Below are positions 37,240 to 48,650 of a stretch of 64,000 nt of DNA, in pieces. The DNA lies in the NCBI RefSeq assembly GCF_036321535.1, contig NC_087437.1, forward strand, positions 92,816,001 to 92,880,000. The letters are read 5' to 3'. The notes under the pieces are model-generated. The model was not told where the DNA came from, ran no database searches, and saw nothing but the letters and a program-made list of their open reading frames with translations. This DNA is from Camelus dromedarius. Lineage: Eukaryota. A program made the position numbers and the translations under genes. Numbering within the stretch: the first letter of the stretch is position 1; each line of letters opens with the position of its first letter.

Positions 37240-38484
37240 CAACCATTTTACTAATCTTATTACTTATCACAAGAATTAATTTATTCCCCACTCTGACATT
37301 CTCAGATTTCTATCATTCAACAAAAGCCTCTCATATCCTCACTTACCTCCGAAGCCTCTGAGAAAACTCCTGGAAAGTGTCTTTCCTTCCCATTTTGTCT
37401 GCCTTTTCCCTGCACAAGTTTAGGCTTAAAGAGAAAACAAAGCAACAAAAAGTAGAGTGGGAATAGGAGCTGCCTTTGGGGTCCTAACCTCTTCAGAACT
37501 GAGCTCTGCCCATAAAGGTGGTCAAAAACTCCACATAGCAAGGGGGTCAGAACTCAGAACACAAAATCTGGCAACCTTCCCAAGTACTAGGGGGTAGCTA
37601 GCAACAAGACATTTTACATCTTCCAACTTTACTGGTGAGAACAAAGCACAAATTAATTTAATATCAATAGAATAGCTTGCCAGTTCATCCCAAGTTTAAT
37701 AACCCCCTCATGGCTATTTTTAAATATAGATACCTTAAGGAGTGGCCAATATTGCATTGGTGTTCAGAATAAACTAAACTAGGTAAGCAGTGATATTTAC
37801 GTAACACTGGGGGTTCTTCCTCAATGTGGCACAAGTTACAGATGCTTCAGGAAAAAGAGAGGAAGAGAACTGTTTTACTAGAAACAGTAGGTAGTGGTAC
37901 AGAAATAGAAATAGGCAGGTAAACCCCTGAAAGTAGGGGGTAGAGGGGAAAGAAAACATTTAATCTTCCCCCTTCCAAGCTTCTATCCTGATCCTGTATC
38001 ACTGTGTACCCTTTGACTTTTCTCAGGCTGACTCCCAGGCAACAGGTTATTACCATTGCCTTTTGGGATATAGGTTAATAACTGTTCCCACTGCCCAGTC
38101 CTTAAGAAGAGGAACATCTTCAGTTTTATTGCTATTGGGGTGATGACTTTCTGTTTTGCCAAGCTGAATCTCTGAAATTCTTTTTTTCCTTTGAATTCAT
38201 TTTTGTCCCAAAGGAAACCTTGTTTTTCAAGGTGATTCAATTCCACTAGACTGTACAGATTTTGTGGCATTATTGGATTAAATAGGCTTTATGGACTTAC
38301 TTTGGGAACCTGGACACCATTTATAACATCTCTATGGGGGAAATGCATTTCAAGCTCTAAACTACCATTTCTACAAAAAGCTCATTAGTAAACCAGCAAT
38401 GCCCTTTCTTTTCTTTGCCTTGCCTTTGCCTGTGAGAGTAACAACCACAAGGGTATGAACCGCATTCTTTTAACTAACTTTTTT

Positions 38485-39074
38485 TTATCAGTGAGGATGC
38501 TTTTGTCTGTAAGTAACAGAAGACCCTGCTAAATGTGACTTAAACAATAAGGACACTTACTATGACATTCAGCAAGAAGTCCAGAGAGAAGTAGATCTAA
38601 GAATTGGCTTGGCAGCCTAACAATGCCTTAAAGGACCTAAGCTCTTTCTTACCCTCGTCTTTGCCGTGCTCTGCATGTCATCAATCTCTCTATCCCTAGC
38701 CTCTAGGCAGCAGCAAAACCCTATGTGTTAAATTCTCATAACAACATCCAAAGGCTGGCAAGGGAAGGGGACTGAGGTGTTCTCTCCTCAAGCATATTTC
38801 TCTTATCAGGAAGAAATCTTTCACAGAAGCCTTGCAACAGACTTTCTTTCAGGTCCTATTGGCCAGAGCTGAATTACATACAAATTCCAAAAGAATCTCT
38901 GGTGAAAAGGTAACAAAATTGGGACCTATATCCTTCATGTTTTCTACCCTTGGCTGGAAGTGGGGCTCATCTTCCCTGAGCACATTTTTCCCAAACTTGA
39001 ACAAAATTAAGGTTTGATTAGGAAAGAAGAAGAAAGGACTGTTTGTTGGTAAGTAACCAATAGCACATGTCACA
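38485..39074 (-). mobile_element. MaLR solo LTR (MLT1K-like)
   Basis: tcagtgaggatgcttttgtctgtaagtaacagaagaccc...ttggccagagctg...ttgttggtaagtaaccaatagcacatgtcaca. Confidence 0.85.
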
Positions 39075-40544
39075 CTGTAATTTTACTCCTTTTTATTTCC
39101 TCTTGCCTAGGAGGTTTACTCCAGACCAGTAACATATGGCACTAGGCTGCAAAGATGAGACTTTAACAGGATACAAAGCACATTAACAAAATGTGTGCTA
39201 AATTGCAATGCTATGGTTGTGCTGCAAACTCGATGTTGTGAAATTATATTCCCGATTAGACAGTATAAATAGTGCAATGCCAGTTTGGATGTTAGAGTGA
39301 TTCATTGAGCTTAAAGACATGAAGTGTGGAAAGCTCCCTAGTGCTAACTATGCTCACTTTTCACTGACCTATGTCCAATGAGCCAAAAAATAAGCCACGT
39401 GAAATTCACATATAAACAAGAATGTTAGTTAATATGCCACTTACTAGGTACTCAAATCATGGTAGCTTTAATGATTAGTGACACAGAAGATCTTTGTCCA
39501 GGGACAGTTAGCAGTAATTTTCTCAAAGCAATAACCCCTGAATTAGAATCATATATAATCAACAACACAATCACCAGATACCCTTCTCCAGTAACCCTCC
39601 CAGATAATTTTGTTTAGTGAAGATCATTACTCTCTTTTTAAAGATTATACTCTGTATCACAAGATTGTATAAAAATAATTCACAACTTAGAAAGCATAGC
39701 TTAAGTCACCTTCTTTGTCTCAAAAGGGCATTACAGCTCCCACCACAGGCCCCAAGTGAAGTGAGATGGGTTCTAACACCTATTCAACTCCATGGAAGTA
39801 ATCTGACATAAGCTGACTCAATTACCTATGTCTAAAACAAAGGTAAGCCACTTAAATACACAGAATTGAAAATCAGTGGTTTTCTAGGAATTTTCCTATA
39901 AATACACTGGGGTCCATAGAGACAGCATAGTTCTTCCATAACCATATTATTGTTTGAAAGTTTATGACAAGATCTGGATTTGAAAGAGGATATACCCTTA
40001 GTATCGCCTTCCTCCCCTAACTTCGAAACGTCATGTAGTAATGAAAACTATATGCCATTATGACTTTCTTGGACTTACCTCTCTCCCTATGTGGCATCAG
40101 GAGGAGTGAAGTCTGGGATTCTCATAATTCTTTATTGAATTTCAATAGTTCTTTCTTCTCAAACTTTAGCTGGAGAGTAAAGATAAAAGAATTGTTAAAA
40201 AAGGTAGTCTTTCTCACTTTATCGGATTTTGATGTGTGGGTGAAAGCAAAGCAGTTAAGAGCATGTAATGTGTCTTTTCTTTTTGCACAAAACCAAAGGA
40301 AGAGAAGACAACAAAGAGAAGTACACAGATGTACACATTCAAATGAGCAAGAAACATTTTTTAAACTCAGTGAAAATTGTCTTAGAAATTTCAATCAATA
40401 GCAGTGAATGCAATCTTAAAATTAGAAATAAACAATGTTGAGGTGACCAAAAGCTGTGCATGTCACCTCAGTTTGAATCCCTAATGGCTATGTTGTTTGC
40501 AATGAACATTCTAACATCACAGTGTCCCATCAAATTTTGAATTA

Positions 40545-40730
40545 TGATCTTCATGAATTTATCAATAATTATTTATTGGGGTCCTTAGCATTAGGCTCAG
40601 CTCTGTGTTAAGAAATACAGAGGGACTATAAAACATAAAGTCTATTTCAAGGAGTTTACACCATAGCTGAGGAGATGACTATTATACTTGAAACAATACA
40701 ACACAAACAGGTATATACTGTATAAATTAA
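40545..40730 (-). mobile_element. L2 3' fragment
   Basis: atttattgggg...ctctgtgttaag...tcaaggagtttacaccatag. Confidence 0.55.
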
Positions 40731-42609
40731 ATGTTACATTTACATGCAATCTAAAATGTACACACGTTCATACACTTCTAATATTTTATTTCTCTTCTGT
40801 CTTCCTCTTTTCTGTATACAGTTCCTCTCCGTTACCTTGGCTGTTGATCTTTTTATTGTGGGTGAAACATCGGGCCTAGTGTACTGTATACTTTGTCTAA
40901 AACTGGTGTTTGTGACATTCTCTGTCTGTCTTTAAAGGCCCAAAATAAAACTAAGCTAAAGTATTCCTAAACATTTTATAACGTGAATAACTTTCTGCTT
41001 GCTTAGGGATTGTTCGGAATTACTTCTCAGGAAAGAACAGACGTTGGTAAAGCTGAAGAACTAATTGGGCTTTGCACAGTTCCTTCAATACATGGGAAAG
41101 CTTCTGTCTATCCAGATACCTGCCAGAAAATAACAAAAGACTTCCACTGACATGCAAAGCAAGAGTTCATTTAATTTTTTGGAATTCTATTTCCAACTCT
41201 ATGTTCATTAGTTGAGTTTATCTTTCTTGTTCCTAATTACATTGTTTTAGGTGGTGAAAGTTTTACTTTTTAAAAATATGTGTAACTAATTACAAAATTA
41301 AATAAATATCTGTGCTTCGTTGAAGGATGGATAAAGGCAGCTTATTATGATCCTGGAAAAAAAGTAACTATGATATTCAAAATAAAAAAAAAATGCTTAA
41401 AAAAGAGAAATGTCTAGCTATAATGATTTCTTTTTCCATCCAAGAATTAACCAACTAACTAAATATAGCCTTTATTAAATCAGTTCTACATCACACCTCA
41501 ACTATAATGTGAAAATTTTATTAAAGAAAAATCTCTCACTAAGAACATATTATTTTCAAAAATATTTTCTTCCCCCCACCAAAAATTGTTTTCTTCCTGA
41601 AACTGAGAAATTAGAGTTGCATAAAAAGCATCTATTTGATGGGTCTATTATGCATTGATAGACAAATATGTAGAAAATGGTTTTAGTCTCATTAAAAAGA
41701 AACAGTCTTAATTCCCTATTTCTTCCCATTTTGTTGTGAAATAATATTTTAATTGTTTAACAATTGCTGTAACAGGAAATTGCCTTTCTAAAAATGTAGG
41801 GCAAATAAAATAGGCCAACTTGTTTATGAAGCCAAGTATTTTCATCCACTTACTCACAGTTCTTGGCTTTTGACAAGATGTCTCTGACATTTGAAATGGA
41901 AATATTCACTCTACAATTACACAACTTTATATATATGTATATTTTTTCATATATATATTCATTCTAATTTTTTTAGATGAGCTTATTTGAATAGTATAGG
42001 CCATCCATTAAAGTTGAGGAATTTATTCAACTGAGTCTATGATTCATAAGCATATCCTCATATAGCACTGGAACTTTTTTGTGCCAACACTTGTACATAG
42101 TCTTCAAGTTACAAAACTTTTATGTATATTTACATCTTTTGGCCACTTGTTCTAAGCAAGTCCCCATTAGAACAAAGGTAATTCATGTCCAGCATCATGG
42201 TTCCTAATAACTAAACTATAAAGAAATTATTACAATGTATAGCTGATGAATGATCTAAATAGATAAGAAAATTCTAATATGTTTTAAGATAAGAAGGGAA
42301 ACTATAAAATGTTAGTTTGAGGAATAGAACTTTCAAATGATTTACAGCTTTCCAATATAAAAACTATGTAGCCTAATCTTTTCAGTTTGAGCTTTCATGA
42401 GGGCCTAATGAGACTAAAAGTGGTTTCCAAAAAAGACTATATTTTTAGTTACCAAAATCTTATTACCATTACTGAGACATATTTATATTGGAATTTTAAT
42501 TAATATTTAATTTATTATAATAAACCTCATGGTCTTAATATTCCATTTATTTCTTATCATTATTTGAGAAACATAACTATCAAAATATTATAAAATAATA
42601 TATGTATGA

Positions 42610-43090
42610 GTCAATGGCAGCTACAGTTATACTAGATAACACACAACTTCAAAATCTCAGTGACTTACAAAAACAAACAACTGTCTTCTCACTCATCAAC
42701 GTATGGTTTGGCTGCAAATCCACAGATCTCAGCTGGGCTCACCAGAACTCAGTAAGGCTGGATTAGACTCCAGAAAGTTAAGTTCAACTCTGCTCCGTCT
42801 GTCTTCATCCCTCTGGGACCAGAGAATACTCAGGGCATATTCTTCTCATGGTGGACAGCAGAAGCCCAAGAGCTCAAGCTTACCCACACTGGTACGTTCA
42901 AAACCACGGCTCATGTTATAGCTGCTCATATTCCATCAGCCACAGCAGGTCACATGGCCAAGCCCAACATCAGTGTGGTGGGAAAATATACTCCACCTAT
43001 CCTAATAGGAGATAATAAAAAGTTACTTGGTAAAAAGTTTGAGTGTATAATTCTATAACAGGGAGAATGAAGATATTCTATAACTTCCAT
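42610..43090 (-). mobile_element. MaLR solo LTR (MLT1I-like)
   Basis: aaaatctcagtgacttacaa...tcttctcatggtgg...ggtcacatggccaagcccaacatcagtg...ggaaaatatactcc. Confidence 0.85.
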
Positions 43091-43397
43091 AATATTTTAT
43101 AATAGATGTTCATTACTTTAAATTTGAAAATATATTTGTACATCTTGAGGAAAAAACATCTTTATCAGGAAAGTGAAATGATCCACTTGTAATAAGAATT
43201 TAAAGTTAAAAACTTAGCCAGAATTTCTGTCAGTTTATAGCAAGAGTTTAGGTTAAACACATATTTAACATGTAATTGGATTGTTAACATATGAGTGCAT
43301 TTATATCTCCCAGAACCAAATGAAGAAGACATCCAGCATCACTTGAAAAATTAAGTTATTTAATAATGACATTGTTTCAAAAATGTACCTTTCCATC

Positions 43398-43489
43398 TTT
43401 TTTTTCTTAAATGGAGGTACTGGGGATTGAACCCAGGACCTCATACATGCTAAGCATATGCTCTACCACTGAGCTATACCCCACTCCCC
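43398..43489 (-). mobile_element. Short tRNA-derived SINE (camelid vic-1-like)
   Basis: Minus strand ggggagtggggtatagctcagtggtagagcatatgcttagcatgtatgaggtcctgggttcaatccccagtacctcc plus A tail; Pol III A and B boxes; 14-bp TSD with 2 mismatches (43384-43397 / 43497-43510). Confidence 0.9.
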
Positions 43490-44089
43490 AGTACCTTGCA
43501 CCTTTCCCTCTAGATGATTGGAAATGACAAAATAACATTTTTTCTGACATAATTTTATGGCAAGAAGTAGCCAATAATAGAAATTTAGCATTTTTGTTAT
43601 GCATTAAGAAAAAATACTTTTTAATACGATTTATATGATTTTCTATTATAAAATTGTTACGTAGGCCTGCTTTATTTTTTAAGATAGTAAATTTAATGTT
43701 AATAGAAACTCAGATACACTGAAATGTGAAGTCCATAGCCATCACCACACGCAGCTGTTTCTCTGAATACTCCCTTCGAGGGCTAAATGAGAATTTCAAT
43801 AAACAATCCACTTGCTGCCCAGAGTGGTAAGAAATAAGAAGGCTGAGATATGATTTTTTTGTTTTTGTCTCTGGTTTGTAGTTTCTGTGCATGCATTTCT
43901 AAGCATTGAAGGTGCTATTTAAAAATCACCACAGTCTTATTAAAGTATAGTGGCTAAAAGAGAAAGAAAAGATCTTATATAGTACTTCCCTACTTACCAA
44001 TATTTGATGACTCCTAAGTTGCCCACAGGATGAAGAATTTTTTAGACATTTACCATTCTAACTTCATTCTCCACTATTACCTTATAATA

Positions 44090-44545
44090 TAATACAGCCA
44101 AATGAGGCCATTCCTTGTTTTCAATTTTAACTCTAGGCTATCCAATCTTTTAAATTTTTTCTGGCATTTTCCTCCCCCATTATCTAAAACCCTGCTGACC
44201 TTCTAACATTTACTCCTATTAAGAACTTAACTTCAAGCCCCACATACAACTTTCCTCACAAACTTTTTCTAGTAATCCTAAAATATTGAGCTCCCATTGC
44301 TTTTTGTATCTCTCTGGTGATACATATCATATTCTAACCTTTACGTTATTTGGTTTGTCAACAGTCATTTATTGAATACCTGCCATGTGTCAGCCCTTCA
44401 TAAGCTCAATCCATTTTACATGTTTGTTGCATCTTAGCAAAGTGTAATCTCCCTGAGATCAAAGCTGTCTTGTTCCTCTTTATCTTCCTTGTTGGACCTA
44501 CTATATTCTCTTTCACACAGTAGTACTCAATAAACATTCAAATGG
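44090..44545 (+). mobile_element. L2 3' region, fragmented
   Basis: tgagctcccattgc...tgtaatctccctgag...cacacagtagtactcaataaaca; a short antisense piece (atttattgaatacctgccatgtgtcag) lies inside. Confidence 0.55.
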
Positions 44546-45109
44546 AAAAAAAAAAAAACTTTTTATGGGAAAAGGTCTCAGGAATTTGTATTCAGTTTGT
44601 CCAGGAGTTTTCACAAAAGGTTGTAAAATTTTACTTTTGGTTTCAACAAAAGCTCCTAGATCACAGATACTCAGTAACCTGGAACAGGGTCATTAGAGGT
44701 AATTGGATCTATTTGAGCTAGGAAAAGACTCTGCCATTTGCCTTGAGATATTTAAAATCAAAGACAGAACCTCATTTGTCTGGGATGGTTTGTGGGCCTG
44801 CATAACAGTTGTTACCACTCCAGACTACTATGGTTCTATATCAAGAATTTTCAACATTTAAATAGTAAATGATAAACTGACAAAAATGAAGATATACACA
44901 CAAAAACCTGTAACACTTTATATGACTACAGACCTCTACATAAATTATTAACTATTTTTACTTATATAAAATAATAAAGTGGCTAAAATTTTATATTCAC
45001 AAGGTTTTTCAATCCTCTTTGATCTTTTTCCTATCTTCCTTAAGTACAGCTTTTATATGCCACTAATTGCTCAAAAACATAGAGTGGCCCATAATTTCTT
45101 TATAGGCAC

Positions 45110-45260
45110 AGAATTTTAAAGCTAGAAGAGACTAGAAACCATTGAATCTTATCTGTTAATTCCACACAATGGCAACTGAGGCCTGTAAAAATCTCATAAC
45201 TATCAGAAATAAAACTGTGACTAGCCTCCTGACTCCTGATGTAATATTCTTTCTACTTTC
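45110..45260 (-). mobile_element. MIR3-like SINE
   Basis: cacagaattttaaagctagaagagactagaa...aactgaggcc...agcctcctgactcc. Confidence 0.6.
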
Positions 45261-45899
45261 CCATCCTACACCTTTTAAAATTCCTCTTTTTTTGTTATTT
45301 CTACAATGAGACGTCTTTATAATCACTCGAACATTATTTCCAGCCGTACCCTCAATACACATCTTTACTCAGGGTGACTGCCTTCTATTATACAATCTTT
45401 TGTCATGAAAAGTCTTTCCTTAAATTCTCTTCTGCCCAAACTCAAAAACTGTCCTCCTTTATGAAACAAACTCTTGTTCTTCCAACCCTCAGTGAACCCT
45501 TTAGTCTTCAAAAGAAATATTCTGTATTTACAAGTTAAAATCTCTGCTAGCTAAGGAGCTGGATGTAAAGACAGACTTCAGGCAGCTTATAACACAGGTG
45601 GAGAGATTAAACATGTTCATGTAAATAGAGCAAAATATTATGAGTGTTTTAAAATGGCCACAGTGAGCTGTAGGAGTCCAAACGAGAGACAGATATAGGT
45701 AGGATCTGGTGTAGTTTGAAGATGGTAAAAAAAAAAAAAAACTCTAGAAAGAAGGAAGGACAATTAGAGACCAAAGTTAAACATCGCTTAAAGACAAGAG
45801 TTGGAAAGTGCAAACAGAAAGCAGGAAGTAGCAAATTTGGCAAGGATTTAGGATTTGTTAAGCAGGGTAGTGAGGAGTAAGACAGGAGTAAGTTAGGGT

Positions 45900-46340
45900 G
45901 AAGCTTGGTCACAGACATTCTTAATTTCCAAGAAAAGGTGCTTGGATTTCATTTTCCAAGAAACATGAAATTGAGAGTATTGGAGCAAGGCAACTTCTTG
46001 ATCAGAGCTCTGCTTGGAAAGACTAAACCAGCTGGAGTCTATTGAAGCTATTGAAGAAGGAAATGACTTGTGCCAAGTAGATCAGTGGGGAGTCAAATGT
46101 GATAGTCCAGGCAAGAGTTAACAAGGGCCAGGACTAGAGTAGGATGTGGGGAAAAAAATACGGGGTCAAATGTGCAACAACACTAGAATAGGATCAACAG
46201 GATTTGGTAATTGATTGGATATGGGAATAAGAAAGTGAGAGTAGTTAACAAAAATGACCATAAACTGAGAAAGAGAACAGAAGGACATGCAAGTATTGTA
46301 GGGGAAAATTATTACAATGTCTTTGAAACATATAGAGTTC
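45900..46340 (-). mobile_element. L2 fragment
   Basis: atagtccaggcaagag...caacaggatttggtaattgattggatatggg. Confidence 0.7.
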
Positions 46341-47519
46341 TAAATTAAATTCACAATATGCATCTATAATGTGTACCACAAATTGATGTGTATATTTAGG
46401 TACAGTAGCAATTGAATGCTTAATTACATACTGACATACTGTTTGCTAATTGTTTCAACTATTTTCCATCTTGTCTCTTCAATAGTGTAATAATATATAG
46501 TATAATAGTATAATAATAGTATATATATTAATAATAATAGTATAATACTTCTTGAGGTGGGGGGGGAAAGGAGTAGAGAGAATAAATTGACAAGTAGAAA
46601 GCTCTTATTATATTCCATACTCAGGCACAATAAATATGCTGCTACCTCCATTTACACATAAGGAAACTAGTGCTCAAAACTATCAGGTAGGTTGCATATA
46701 TTGTCAGAGATGATATAATGTGACCCTAGTCTTACTCCCAGAACCCCAGGGACTTTCATGAGTACCAATGGGCAGAGGTTCAAGGATGCAGATTTTGGCT
46801 GAATATAAGGAAAAAACCCTTTTCAACAGTTAGTTACAGCTGTGAATTTCAAGAAGAGAACTGAGACCTACAGGGAAATGTTAATGAGATTATATAGGTA
46901 TGTAATTTGCAAGCAAAAGAAATCATACAAATTTTTATCATAAATAATCTCAAGATAATAACTGATATGAGAGCAAGATACACAGAAGCAAAAATTAAAT
47001 ATAGCTTTTCTTCTTTTTTGTGTTACAATTTTTAAATATCTTCCTTTTGCTTTTTTTTTTTCCAAACTCAAATTGTAGATGTTTTCACAATTTTCTTTGG
47101 ATTTAATGTACGTGTTTGAGTGTTGCAGTAGGACTGCATGCTTCTCTTAAATGTAAAGGCAATGATCAAAGTCAAGAATTAACTTTTTAGTCCAAGATTA
47201 GATCTAAAATCCCTCAGATTCTACCAGATTCCTTTCTGAAGAATCCTATGTCTAAATAAGAGTTAGTCACCTGGCGCTTGGAGTTTATCACAACTCAAGC
47301 TAGGCAGATTGGTGAAAGGGAACTCTCCTTTCCATATCTTTATCAAATCTCTGGAATCTTGCACTAGAATCCATGGCATATGAGATCAAAGCCAAAGACC
47401 TTAAAGGATTGGATTGAGTGTTGATAGCTGCCTCTAGGAGGAGGAATGGAGATGAGGACAGAAATTTACATTTCAGCTGTTGAGAAGTTCACATCAGGGA
47501 GGACAGATATGTCTACATG

Positions 47520-47675
47520 AGTGATTTAATGCTCAATGCCAAAAGCATATTCTTATTTTTCAAAGAGAGAATCTGGGACTGAGATAATTCTAAGAAATTT
47601 TCCCAATATTATGTAGAGTGAGTCAAGCCATTATTCGCATTCAGACTTCAAAGTTCATAATCTTTCCACTATATC
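47520..47675 (-). mobile_element. MIR fragment
   Basis: tcagacttcaaagttcataatctttccactata. Confidence 0.55.
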
Positions 47676-48449
47676 TAGAGATTGTAATGTTCCCTAGACA
47701 GAAGAGAGTTTTTTAAAAAAAAAAAAAAACACATTGTTTCCAAATTAGGGTTCATTTTTCAATTTCTAATTTAGCTTATTATTTAGAATGACTATATAGG
47801 TCATAAAATAAGCCTCTAGATATTATACTGTCACTTAAACTTAGCCTTTACCTTAATATCTCTGCCTAAAAGTACAAAAAATGTTCTCCAAAAATAATAC
47901 AACTTTTCCCTTAATACTTTCTCATAAAATCTCAACAACAGTTTAATTTTTTATAAATTCGAATTCTTCTTGACTAAACCTTCAAATAGAAAGATGAAAA
48001 AACAAAACAATAGCAAAACTATTTACATTTTGAAATTTGTTGAAATAACAACAATACAGAAACACAGAACAACACAAAAATGACATATAGAAGAGTTCTC
48101 AGATATTAGACAGGAAAATTGCAGAATAAAGAGATTAAAATGTCAAATGATTATTTAAAATATTACTAAACAAAGGAAAAAAGATCTGAGGAGATAATTT
48201 AGAATTAGGACAGCTTCCTTCTGGTAATTTCCAAATAAATACACCAAAACAGGAAGGGTACATTTAGTCTGAAACAATCTGGGCTATTTAGAAAAACATC
48301 TCGCTGTTAATTTAGACTATTAACCTCTACACACACACACACACACACCCCTAGAAATACGTACACAAACGTCAAATACAAATTACCTTCTTAATACAAA
48401 AATAGTCACTCAAAATCTTCTGTGCATGTGATTTTATATATTTGAATGT

Positions 48450-48650
48450 TCTAGAGAACACTGTACCAGGTATAAGTAAAATTAGACTCTAAGCTGAATT
48501 TTACTCCTTACTAATAGGGTGACTGGATAAGTTAGTAATAACTCTGTGCCTCAGTTTTCTTATCTGTAAAGTAAGTAAAGTAAGTAAATGATTTGGGATG
48601 GATGATTTCTAAAGTCACTTCCAGCTATATGATTATATATGATTCTCAGA
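48450..48650 (+). mobile_element. MIR3-like SINE
   Basis: ctctgtgcctcagttttcttatctgtaaa...gatgatttctaaagtcacttccagct...atgattct. Confidence 0.75.

Noticed and set aside
40439..40470. 9-bp hairpin TGAGGTGAC/GTCACCTCA
   Set aside because: Several 9-bp stems are expected by chance in 64 kb; no supporting context
43410..43489. tRNA gene
   Set aside because: The A-tail and target-site duplication identify it as a retroposed tRNA-derived SINE
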